DNA from: an uncultured Candidatus Saccharibacteria bacterium
Lineage (GTDB): Bacteria > Patescibacteriota > Saccharimonadia > Saccharimonadales > Saccharimonadaceae
Assembly: GCA_965246155.1 (NCBI GenBank)
Contig: CBDFCT010000001.1
Coordinates: 3,501 to 67,500 of the forward strand
DNA: 64,000 nucleotides
Direction: 5' to 3'
Every line of letters begins with the position of its first letter. Position 1 is the first letter of the stretch. The notes beneath the pieces were generated by a model. The model did not search any database, had not been told where the DNA came from, and saw only the letters and a program-made list of their open reading frames with translations. Shown here piece after piece: positions 9,388-18,606 of the stretch. The position numbers and the translations under genes are program-made.

Positions 9388-12300
9388 TCAATGAACCTGT
9401 CGACCGGTATTGGGTACACCGGGTAGCTTGGGCGCACTGGGAACGCCCGGCACGGGCGGTTTGGTAGGTGTGACGGGCGGCTTGACCGGGTCAGGGTTCT
9501 TAGGTGGTTTGAGTGAGACGCAGGTAGCCGGGTAGGTGCCGTTGACGGGGTTGAGCGTACCTTTGACCTTAGGCTTTAGGACTTCTTCGTTGAGCGACTC
9601 GCCTATTCCCCCTCGACGAACGGCGATACCGCTAACCACCGTGCAGACTTCGCAGGGTTTCTCCTTAGCCACATAAGAGTAGTCAAATAGATCAGGCAAA
9701 AGGTTGTAAACTCTATCGCTGATACCGATTCTTCCGTCAAAGAGTTTAACTTCCTGTTTGCTGATCAGAGTGGTGACATCGGTTGGCTTGAGTTTGAAAT
9801 CCGGATAAGAGATACCCGGGAAGGGGTTGCCGTGGTCGTCGTAACTACGATCGGATAGGGCGTAGATATGACCGTCAGCCCCCCGGGCGACAAACGATCT
9901 TTCGCTTACACCATTGCCAATGATATCACGTAGCGACGGCAACGAACCGATCAGGTGCGGTGAAAAATCATTGATAGTGGCCGGGAGATTATTCTTACTT
10001 CGCCAGTACGACCATAGCTTACCCTGATTATCCAGAGCAAAGTTTCCCCGGATTTGTTTCACACCACCTCTTTTGGTGAGATCATCAGCCTTTGCCTCAA
10101 TAATCGTCCCATCTTTTGTCACCTGAAAAAGTTTGTTCTTAGAGGTGAGAACCCAAGCGCCTCCGTTCTTATTCTCTGAAAATACCTCTACATTATAGTC
10201 AACCGCTCTAATTGAAGTGTCTCCCAGAACAGAACTCAGGTCATACTTCTTATTACCGGTGGGATAAAGACCGTCAGCTAAGCTGGAGTCGGGCTCGCCT
10301 GAGCCGTGCAGACCACTTGATAGTTTGTAGATAGTGTTTTGACTGAAGGCAAGATTATCGTTCAGACCGATGATATGAGAGCTTGACAAGGTCTTGTCTA
10401 GGGTCGGCTTGTTGTGTCGCTCGTTTTCTTGCCAGTCGCGCTCCCAGCCCCAATAGTAGACTTTACCGGTATCGGTAATGGCGACGGCGACATTGGCGCC
10501 ATGGGTGCTCAACTTAATGATCTTATCGCCATTGAAATACTTGGTTAGTTCCTGCGGCTTATCATAGCTACAGGGAGGCCGGTCGTCGGCGTAATAAACA
10601 TAGTCCTTTCGTTTGATCTGACACTTAGTATCGACACCGACAGACCCTTGCGTGTTATTCCCCCAAGCATAAACCTTGCCACTCTGGGTCAGGGCGATGA
10701 TCGTGCCGGTGTACGAACTGTCGCTTTCCGTGTCGAGATCATTCTCCTTACCAAATGCATATACGCTTGAGTTGTTTAAATTAACTACTTGGACAACATC
10801 ATCGTCTTTATCCACCTCTGTACCGGGTGGTGGTGTTCGATTGATCTGCTCCGAGCCGGTGTTAGGTGCGCTAGGTGTTCTTGCCGTGCTGGAGGTGCCG
10901 GTGTGACCATTGCCGGATCGGGTGGGTAAATTGGCGGCGGGGATACCGGGCCCGACTTGGTTGCCATTGGCTGCGCTATTATTGTGGGTAGCTCCCTGAT
11001 TCTGGTTGGGCTGGGTCGGACCGGTCTGACCGTTATTGCCACCGGGATTAGGCTTCGGATTGGGATTGGGATTGGGATTGGGATTCGGATTAGGCTTAGG
11101 GTCAGGTTTGGGATCCGGTTTGGGTGGCGTTGCCTGTGGCACATCGACGCAGGTAGCCGGATAAGTGCCGTCGACCGGCTGAGTGGTCTCAAAGCCTACG
11201 CCACTGTGTATCCCACCGGTCGAAACCGTGGTCTCGGCGGCGCCACTGAGGGCGGTGCAGACTGTACTGGAGCTGCCTTCAAGGACATAGGAGTAATCAT
11301 AGAGCGAGGGAACTTTACCGACATAGAAGTAGGCGGGAACAGTGATATTACCGCTAAAGAGCCGAACCTTTTTCTTGTTAACTGCGGTAGTGACGTCATT
11401 CGGCTCGTACTTCTTCTTACCGTAGGTATTGCCATCCTTATCCATGAAGCCGAGGTTGATGGTGTAGAAACGACCATCTGTACTGCGTAGTACCATCTCC
11501 TTAGTACCGACGATGTCACGCATAGCCGGTATGGTGCCGATCATATTAGCCGATATGTCTTCCAGAGCAGCCGGTGTCTTGCCGTAGTAATAAGCCCACA
11601 TCTTGCCCTGGTTATCGATGGCGTAGTTAAAGCCAATGTGCTTGATACCGCCGTGTTTAGCGACGGTCTCGTTGGTCGCTTCGTAGGTCGTCCCATCGTG
11701 GTGTATCATCAGGAGCTTATTCTTAGAGGTAAGAGCCCAGGCGCCGTAGTTTTGGCTGTTGCCTGACTTGGTAGTAAAATCGGCCTCTCTAATGGTTACA
11801 TCACTCGGTAGTGAGTTGGAACTGTATGAATATGACTGGGGCGAACGCAAGCCATCCTTTGGTCTACCGTTGTTATGCATGTCGTAGACTACTTTGTCGT
11901 CCCAAGCAATGCTTGGCCAGCCGGTAGTCATACCGGTGGTATGGATACCTGACATGCTTGGGTCAAGGTGCGGAGCGTTGTGCTGCTCATCTTTCTTCCA
12001 ATCGTATCGCCAGCCCCAGTAGTATAGCTTGCCCGACTCGGTGATGGCGACAGCAACATAGCCTTCGTAGCTGGAGAGTTTGACTACTTTTTCGCCTCCG
12101 AAATACTTGGTCAGATCTTGTGGCTTGTCGTAGTAACAGGGAGGCTTCTTCTCGGCGGTAATTTTGACGCTACCCTGCTCAACAATGGTGCACTCAGCGC
12201 CGGTGCCGACTCTGCCGTACATGTTGTTGCCCCAGGCGTAGACTTTGCCGGTCTGAGTCAGAGCGACGACCGTGCCCGCATAGGCACTATCCTTCATCCG

Positions 12301-12501
12301 TTCACCTTTATAGGCGTACTCGGGGATGCCCAGATGCATGATCTGGATAACTTGGTCGTAGCTGCTGTCGTTTGGGGCGGCGATGACCGGAGCGCCGGAA
12401 CTGATTATTGCTGCTAACGATAGAATCACTACTCCCAGTGCGTATGCCAGACTACGACCAAGCTTGGTTAGTCGATAGCAGACAGCGCTTTGTTTGTTCA
12501 T
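9388..12501 (-). CDS. Large secreted protein: two tandem RCC1-like beta-propeller-type modules, each followed by a Pro-rich linker ending in PNTG
   Basis: Signal peptide. Motifs are repeated in both halves: GKVYAWGNNMYGRVG / GKVYAWGNNTQGSVG and GKLYYWGWRYDW / GKVYYWGWERDW. Linker PKPDPKPDPKPNPNPNPNPNPNPKPNP. ATG 12501 has a GGAGG SD and is preferred to 12513. Confidence 0.7.
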   Translation of the reverse strand: MNKQSAVCYRLTKLGRSLAYALGVVILSLAAIISSGAPVIAAPNDSSYDQVIQIMHLGIPEYAYKGERMKDSAYAGTVVALTQTGKVYAWGNNMYGRVGTGAECTIVEQGSVKITAEKKPPCYYDKPQDLTKYFGGEKVVKLSSYEGYVAVAITESGKLYYWGWRYDWKKDEQHNAPHLDPSMSGIHTTGMTTGWPSIAWDDKVVYDMHNNGRPKDGLRSPQSYSYSSNSLPSDVTIREADFTTKSGNSQNYGAWALTSKNKLLMIHHDGTTYEATNETVAKHGGIKHIGFNYAIDNQGKMWAYYYGKTPAALEDISANMIGTIPAMRDIVGTKEMVLRSTDGRFYTINLGFMDKDGNTYGKKKYEPNDVTTAVNKKKVRLFSGNITVPAYFYVGKVPSLYDYSYVLEGSSSTVCTALSGAAETTVSTGGIHSGVGFETTQPVDGTYPATCVDVPQATPPKPDPKPDPKPNPNPNPNPNPNPKPNPGGNNGQTGPTQPNQNQGATHNNSAANGNQVGPGIPAANLPTRSGNGHTGTSSTARTPSAPNTGSEQINRTPPPGTEVDKDDDVVQVVNLNNSSVYAFGKENDLDTESDSSYTGTIIALTQSGKVYAWGNNTQGSVGVDTKCQIKRKDYVYYADDRPPCSYDKPQELTKYFNGDKIIKLSTHGANVAVAITDTGKVYYWGWERDWQENERHNKPTLDKTLSSSHIIGLNDNLAFSQNTIYKLSSGLHGSGEPDSSLADGLYPTGNKKYDLSSVLGDTSIRAVDYNVEVFSENKNGGAWVLTSKNKLFQVTKDGTIIEAKADDLTKRGGVKQIRGNFALDNQGKLWSYWRSKNNLPATINDFSPHLIGSLPSLRDIIGNGVSERSFVARGADGHIYALSDRSYDDHGNPFPGISYPDFKLKPTDVTTLISKQEVKLFDGRIGISDRVYNLLPDLFDYSYVAKEKPCEVCTVVSGIAVRRGGIGESLNEEVLKPKVKGTLNPVNGTYPATCVSLKPPKNPDPVKPPVTPTKPPVPGVPSAPKLPGVPNTGRQVH
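11047..11127. repeat. In-frame hexanucleotide microsatellite (GGGATT)n and degenerate flanks, encoding (NP)n/(KPDP)n
   Basis: Four perfect GGGATT units (11062-11085) are flanked by CGGATT, AGGCTT, AGGGTC and similar units. Confidence 0.9.
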
Positions 12502-12634
12502 TCTTGCCTCCATATTTTTATTTTTATCAACAGTTTCTAACTATAAGCATAATATACTAGACATTTTCTCAAATAGCAAGTTCCGTGTTAATAGACAACT
12601 ATTTTCTGAAATAATGTTATATTTATTACTCACT

Positions 12635-12931
12635 TCAATCGTCGCTCAGACTTTCTTGTATGTATTCCTCTACTGTTTCGATAATAATTTGCACAGACTC
12701 GGAACAGTTTTTGAACATTATTAAATCAAATATTGCGTCTGGGTACTTACGAATAGGATCGGCCAATAACGCATGGATAAACGACTGGGTAACACCAGTT
12801 ACACCTCTAAAATCAATAATTATTGATTCATTTTTTTCTAAACTAGGCAGTATAACACTTATGCGAATATCTCTTGCTATATCTTTATTCTCGCCGTATA
12901 CACCCACCCTCTCGGTCATATGGATTATCAT
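12635..12931 (-). CDS. STAS-like small protein (DUF4325-type)
   Basis: 98 aa. IIIDFRGVTGVTQSFIHALL matches the hallmark '..ldF.gV..itsSF..el' of the STAS-like DUF4325 family. ATGA overlap with the upstream ATPase gene. Confidence 0.6.
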   Translation of the reverse strand: MIIHMTERVGVYGENKDIARDIRISVILPSLEKNESIIIDFRGVTGVTQSFIHALLADPIRKYPDAIFDLIMFKNCSESVQIIIETVEEYIQESLSDD

Positions 12932-13902
12932 AAGAACTTGAACCTTCTGTAGTTACGCTTCTTTCTAAGTCGGATAGCTTCACTGTACCTATCTCGAATT
13001 TTGCTCAGCAAATCGTTAAATCCCTCCAAATCATTGTCGAGAGTTAAGTCAATTGCCACGAGCGTGCCATCTAAAAACGGAGCATTATTTTTTTCAGAAT
13101 GACGATCATCTTCTGGATCGATAGTTAACCGAGGATTCTCCGAACGTTTATCACGCAATAATAGTTTATATATTCCCGAACCGCTATAAATCATAAAATA
13201 ATTTCTAGCAACCTTTGCAATAGACTTTACAAAAAACAACCCCGCTCCAGCATTATCCCCCGTACCACCAGTATGTGTAGTAGTGCCAGATACACCAGGC
13301 AATAATGACCATTTTATAGCATCTATATCGCTTTCTGAATGACTAGGCCAAAACTTACTTAAACTACGTCGAATTCCAATACCATTATCGCAAATACCAA
13401 TCCGAATCGTATTTGATTTTTTATAGTATTGTGCTGCTACAATCGCGCCAGTGTCGCTGGCAGCATGTTCTAGCACATTCCTGATTAGCTCGCCCACTAT
13501 ATATTTAATAGCATCTGCCTTTTCGGGCGGAAGATGTAATAAGGGAACTATATCTGATATAAACTTAGATTGCTCATTGGGATTTTTGATTATTGTTAAC
13601 GGAATGAAACGCCCAGAGGGGTCTTTTCTTTTTATAGAATAAGGCGACTTCTGTGCCGTAAATTTAAATAGCCCCATACTGTCAAGATACGACCCCGATG
13701 ATGCCGTTAGATTCGGTAGCGCCACATTGTTTTTTCCAACCTTCAGCGCCAGTGATGCTGTAAGCGCTAAAATAGCTGGGTGCACATTTATCCATTTTGG
13801 GTGTGTATCTATTGTTAATTTAGATGGGTTTGACAAATCAAGTCTACTTAAAAAACCATCAAAATACGCTAGGTAATCAGAATTTGAATAATAAATTCGC
13901 AT
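12928..13902 (-). CDS. GHKL-superfamily (HATPase_c, SpoIIAB/RsbW-like) ATP-binding protein with unknown ~130-aa N-terminal domain
   Basis: N-box ELIRNVLEHA, G1 box ICDNGIGI, G2 box GGTGDNAGAGL. AT-rich codon usage unlike the flanking genes. Confidence 0.7.
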   Translation of the reverse strand: MRIYYSNSDYLAYFDGFLSRLDLSNPSKLTIDTHPKWINVHPAILALTASLALKVGKNNVALPNLTASSGSYLDSMGLFKFTAQKSPYSIKRKDPSGRFIPLTIIKNPNEQSKFISDIVPLLHLPPEKADAIKYIVGELIRNVLEHAASDTGAIVAAQYYKKSNTIRIGICDNGIGIRRSLSKFWPSHSESDIDAIKWSLLPGVSGTTTHTGGTGDNAGAGLFFVKSIAKVARNYFMIYSGSGIYKLLLRDKRSENPRLTIDPEDDRHSEKNNAPFLDGTLVAIDLTLDNDLEGFNDLLSKIRDRYSEAIRLRKKRNYRRFKFL

Positions 13903-13908
13903 GACCTC

Positions 13909-13937
13909 ATTCTACCTGTATAGCGTGTTTTTGTCAA
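13909..13937 (-). promoter_or_regulatory. Consensus sigma70-type promoter of the GHKL/STAS cassette (leaderless)
   Basis: On the minus strand: TTGACA-N17-TAGAAT-N6-ATG(13902). Confidence 0.65.
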
Positions 13938-13955
13938 TATACGTCATACAGGGAT

Positions 13956-14114
13956 TTACTCAAAGGTTAGCAACTTATTGCGGTGATATTCGTATTGCTT
14001 GCGGCGGGCTTCAATTTCTGCTGGCAAGCCAATAGAAATATCGATGGTAAGTTTTTCAAATTTATCAAGGATAGAGACGATTTGCTTTTGCCTACTTGGC
14101 ACTATTTGTTCTCT
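13956..14114 (-). pseudogene. Type I restriction-modification specificity subunit (HsdS) C-terminal remnant
   Basis: The minus-strand frame reads ...[49 protein letters not shown], the conserved HsdS C-terminal helix. No N-terminal part or start codon is present. Confidence 0.7.
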
Positions 14115-14313
14115 GAATATCTTAGAGACACTGTCGGCGAATCTCAGGGCTCCAATCCTGTTTCAGCTTCCTAATGACATACTTAGTCAGCCATGTGTCA
14201 TTATTGCTAATCTTCTCGTCAGTCGATAGTACTCTGAACTGCTGATTAGCCTGATGGCGTCTAGCTTTAGTTAACCTATCTGCCGTGATGATTTCTCGGC
14301 TTCTATGGTTAAA
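14115..14313 (-). mobile_element. IS30-family transposase N-terminal fragment (frameshifted, truncated)
   Basis: The minus-strand frame reads ...[48 protein letters not shown]. Compare IS30 ...A.R..KR......L..L.KLVLEKLEMKWSPEQI. It then hits a stop/frameshift and abuts the HsdS remnant. Confidence 0.5.
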
Positions 14314-14357
14314 ATCTGCTAATCTATCAGCATGGGTAATAGCTAAGGTGGTGGTAA

Positions 14358-15662
<1,305 letters not shown>

Positions 15663-15681
15663 TGAGGCAAAGGAGGGGTAA

Positions 15682-16317
15682 ATGTCAGGAAAGTTAGTTT
15701 TGATTCGTCACGGTGAGAGTGAGTGGAACTTGCAGGGTCGTTGGACCGGCTGGACGGATGTGGGTATCACGCCGAAGGGGGCGGCTGATGCTCGCAAGAT
15801 GGGTGAGCTACTGCAGAGCATTCATTTTAATGAGGCATATACTAGCCGGCTCAAGCGGACAGTGGAAACATTTCAAAACGTTGTCGCTACGCAGGGGCAG
15901 CCCGAACTACCTTACAAGCAAGTTGAAGCCCTCAATGAGCGTGATTATGGCGACTATACCGGGCTAAATAAATGGGAGGTGAAAGCTAAAGTTGGCGATG
16001 ATAAGTTTAACGCCATCAGACGCAATTATGATGAGCCGATCCCCGGGGGCGAGACCTTGCACATGGTTTACGACAGGGTTTTGCCATGGTACCGAGCTGA
16101 GCTATTGCCCAAGCTACTTAGGGGCGAGAACGTTATGCTGGTAGCGCATGGCAATTCGATCAGAGCGCTGGTGAAATACATTGAGAACATTAGCGACACT
16201 GACATCGCTAAGTTCGAAATGATCTTTGGCACAGTCCTGATTTACACCGTCGATGAGGCTGGTCGAATGGTAGATCGTCAGACGTTGAAGGCTGAGATTA
16301 CTCAGACCAAAGCTTAG
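15682..16317 (+). CDS. gpmA: 2,3-bisphosphoglycerate-dependent phosphoglycerate mutase
   Basis: LVLIRHGESEWN catalytic His motif and a downstream AHGNSIRAL motif. Confidence 0.9.
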   Translation: MSGKLVLIRHGESEWNLQGRWTGWTDVGITPKGAADARKMGELLQSIHFNEAYTSRLKRTVETFQNVVATQGQPELPYKQVEALNERDYGDYTGLNKWEVKAKVGDDKFNAIRRNYDEPIPGGETLHMVYDRVLPWYRAELLPKLLRGENVMLVAHGNSIRALVKYIENISDTDIAKFEMIFGTVLIYTVDEAGRMVDRQTLKAEITQTKA

Positions 16318-16342
16318 GCGGCGTTTAGGCCAGGTAATAGCA

Positions 16343-16371
16343 TTGACAGTTCGTCAAGCTTATGCTATTAT
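16343..16371 (+). promoter_or_regulatory. Near-consensus promoter with no downstream ORF
   Basis: TTGACA(16343-16348)-N17-TGCTATTAT(-10 at 16366-16371). Confidence 0.5.
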
Positions 16372-16377
16372 GCAGAG

Positions 16378-16448
16378 TAGCTTCTAGCTGAAGCCGTTAG
16401 CCTGATGTAACTAACGAAATGCCTACCGGAGAGACCGTAGGCATTTTT
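16378..16448 (+). ncRNA. Candidate ~70-nt small RNA (three hairpins, the last a terminator)
   Basis: The promoter above is followed by hairpins GCTTC-tagct-GAAGC, CGTTAG-N10-CTAACG and AAATGCCTACCGG-agaga-CCGTAGGCATTT plus TT. There is no ORF. Confidence 0.3.
16417..16448. terminator. Bidirectional rho-independent terminator (gpmA / ruvB convergent)
   Basis: About 12-bp GC-containing stem with one bulged C, loop AGAGA, and T-runs on both strands. It overlaps the ruvB stop codon. Confidence 0.6.
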
Positions 16449-17481
16449 AGTTGGCTGAGTCTAGACTGGTAGTTTTAGCTAGGTGGTCAATTGCCTTCCC
16501 GGTAACTATTCGCCCCCTTGGGGTCCGCTCGATGAAGCCGATCTGGAGTAGGTATGGTTCGTAAAAGTCCTCGATAGTACTGGCCTCGTCGCCGGTGATG
16601 GCGGCGATCGTATTGAGCCCAACCGGGCGGTCACGATAATTTTGCCACATTACCCTGAGCATATGACGATCGGCCGGGTCGAGCCCCAGCTCGTCAATCT
16701 CAAGCATCTCCAGGGCAGCCGTGGCGCTACCGGTGTCAATGATGCCGTCGCCGTTAATGTCAGCGTAATCACGGACTCGCTTGAGGAGACGGTTGGCGAT
16801 GCGGGGTGTCTGACGGCTGCGCTGGGCTAAGGCCGAGCTAGCGTCGTCATTGATCTCGGTCTTGAGAATATGAGCGCTGCGCCGGATGATCTGCTCAATA
16901 TCTTGATGACTATAAAACTCTAGATGAAACAGATGTCCAAAGCGATCTCTTAGGGGAGCCGCTAGGCTACCGGTCCTGGTGGTGGCGCCAATGACGGTGA
17001 AGTGGGGTAGATCCAGCCGAACTGAGCGGGCAGCTGGTCCTTTGCCGATGACGATATCAAGCTTGAAGTCCTCCATGGCTGAGTAGAGTACTTCCTCGAC
17101 TGCCCGAGATAGGCGGTGGATTTCATCGATAAAGAGGACGTCACCATCTTGGAGATTAGTCAGGATGCTGGCCAGATCGCCGGCTCGTTCGATAGCTGGA
17201 CCGGCGGTAATGCGTAGCCCCGCCCCCATCTCGTTGGCGATGACACCTGCCATAGTGGTCTTGCCTAATCCGGGCGGACCATATAGCAAGATATGATCGA
17301 CTGGCTCGCCTCTTTTTTTAGCTGCCTCAATAGCGAGTCGGAGATTACGCTTCATCCTATCTTGACCGATATAGTCAGCGAAGGTCTGGGGGCGGAGTGA
17401 CAGCTCTAGCTGGACTTCTTCACTGGCTCCCGGCTGTTCAAGTGCCGGAGCAGTAGGCTCGACCAAACGTTGGATTCCCAT
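16447..17481 (-). CDS. ruvB: Holliday junction helicase RuvB
   Basis: Walker [10 protein letters not shown], Walker [10 protein letters not shown], sensor motifs. Full-length similarity pattern. Confidence 0.95.
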   Translation of the reverse strand: MGIQRLVEPTAPALEQPGASEEVQLELSLRPQTFADYIGQDRMKRNLRLAIEAAKKRGEPVDHILLYGPPGLGKTTMAGVIANEMGAGLRITAGPAIERAGDLASILTNLQDGDVLFIDEIHRLSRAVEEVLYSAMEDFKLDIVIGKGPAARSVRLDLPHFTVIGATTRTGSLAAPLRDRFGHLFHLEFYSHQDIEQIIRRSAHILKTEINDDASSALAQRSRQTPRIANRLLKRVRDYADINGDGIIDTGSATAALEMLEIDELGLDPADRHMLRVMWQNYRDRPVGLNTIAAITGDEASTIEDFYEPYLLQIGFIERTPRGRIVTGKAIDHLAKTTSLDSAN

Positions 17482-17505
17482 ATAGCCTATTTTAACATCT
17501 ATACT

Positions 17506-18087
17506 TTATGAACGCTTCTTTAAGGCTAGGCGAACCCGTTCATTAGTCGGCAGATCGACCGGTACGTCACTTAGAAAACGAGTAGCATCAACCAGATTGA
17601 AGCCGAGGGCGATTAGGGCGTCCAGAGCCTCATCATCATTTGGGCTGATGAGACTACCGGTCGGTCGGTCGGATGTGAGGCAGCTGGGCTGGCCGACTTT
17701 ATCTCGTAAGCTAACGGCGATTCGTTCGGCCGACTTCTTGCCAACCCCGCTTGCACCGGTGATAAAGCTAATGTCAGTGGTAGCGATAGCATTGCGAACT
17801 GTCTCGACCTCGCCCAGCCCCAGGATAGCCAGGGCGGCTTTGGGTCCGACTCCTTGCACGGTGATTAAGAGCTCAAATAGCCTTTTGCCGGCGAGTGAAG
17901 AAAAACCATAGAGCTCCTCGGAGTTCTCTTTGACGGAGTGAAAAGTATAAAACTTGCGCTTCTCGCCTACTCTGGCACTATCGATATCAATGGCGGTGGT
18001 AAATATTTCATAACCTACTCCCATCACATCAATCACCACCGTGCCGGCGGTCTTTTCGATAACTTTCCCATTAACGTAGGCGATCAT
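17506..18087 (-). CDS. ruvA: Holliday junction DNA-binding protein RuvA
   Basis: MIAYVNGKV...VGYEI... start, HhH motifs (VQGVGPKAALAIL; GVGKKSAERI), domain III. Confidence 0.9.
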   Translation of the reverse strand: MIAYVNGKVIEKTAGTVVIDVMGVGYEIFTTAIDIDSARVGEKRKFYTFHSVKENSEELYGFSSLAGKRLFELLITVQGVGPKAALAILGLGEVETVRNAIATTDISFITGASGVGKKSAERIAVSLRDKVGQPSCLTSDRPTGSLISPNDDEALDALIALGFNLVDATRFLSDVPVDLPTNERVRLALKKRS

Positions 18088-18099
18088 GACCTTATTCTA

Positions 18100-18606
18100 C
18101 TACAGCTGTAGATCTTTTTCTTGAGTTAGACCGTCTCTGGTCATGAGGCGGTGAGTAATGGCGGCGGCTAAAGCGTCGGCGGCGTCGTCGGGCTTGATGA
18201 CGTGGGGAATCTTGAGGTGGAGCTTGACCATCTGCTGAATTTGCCGCTTGTCGGCCCGCCCGTAGCCGGTTAGTGTCTGCTTAATCTGAAGCGGGGTATA
18301 TTCAAAGACGGGTAGATCGTGCTGGGCTGCCACCAGAATAACTACACCTCTAGCCTCGGCAACACTGATGGCGGTGGTAATGTTGCGGGCGAAGAAGAGC
18401 TTTTCAATCGACATCACATCGGGCTTGGTGTCGGTTATGATCTCGTCTAGCGAATTATAGATGTCGAGCAGACGGGCTTTTAGCCTAGTGTGACTGGGGG
18501 TGGCGATCACCCCAGCATCGACGATAGTCGGATGATGGTGATTCTCGCAATCAATCACTCCGAAGCCCAGGATACCCGTGCCGGGGTCAATGCCGATGAT
18601 TCGCAT
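18100..18606 (-). CDS. ruvC: Holliday junction resolvase RuvC
   Basis: MRIIGIDPGT..GFGVI.., EKLFFARN, and a DAADALA catalytic-acid pattern. Confidence 0.9.
   Translation of the reverse strand: MRIIGIDPGTGILGFGVIDCENHHHPTIVDAGVIATPSHTRLKARLLDIYNSLDEIITDTKPDVMSIEKLFFARNITTAISVAEARGVVILVAAQHDLPVFEYTPLQIKQTLTGYGRADKRQIQQMVKLHLKIPHVIKPDDAADALAAAITHRLMTRDGLTQEKDLQL

Noticed and set aside
9388-9417. Canonical LPXTG sortase signal on the RCC1-like protein.
   Set aside because: Only four residues (RQVH) follow PNTG. No hydrophobic helix or basic tail exists in any downstream frame. It is reported only as a non-canonical motif.
10785-11490. ORFs 10785-11192(-) and 10957-11490(+), and similar ones at 518-742, 1212-1515, 40526-40747, 51691-52149 and 56037-56432.
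   Set aside because: They are alternative-frame or antisense shadows of long genes with clear domain motifs. Their translations are low-complexity (Pro/Arg/Ser/Ile runs), and they lack promoters or SDs.
13983-14229. Plus-strand ORFs 13983-14174 and 13999-14229 in the AT-rich islet.
   Set aside because: They are antisense to the recognisable HsdS and IS30 remnants. They have no promoter or SD, and their composition is typical of AT-rich noise.
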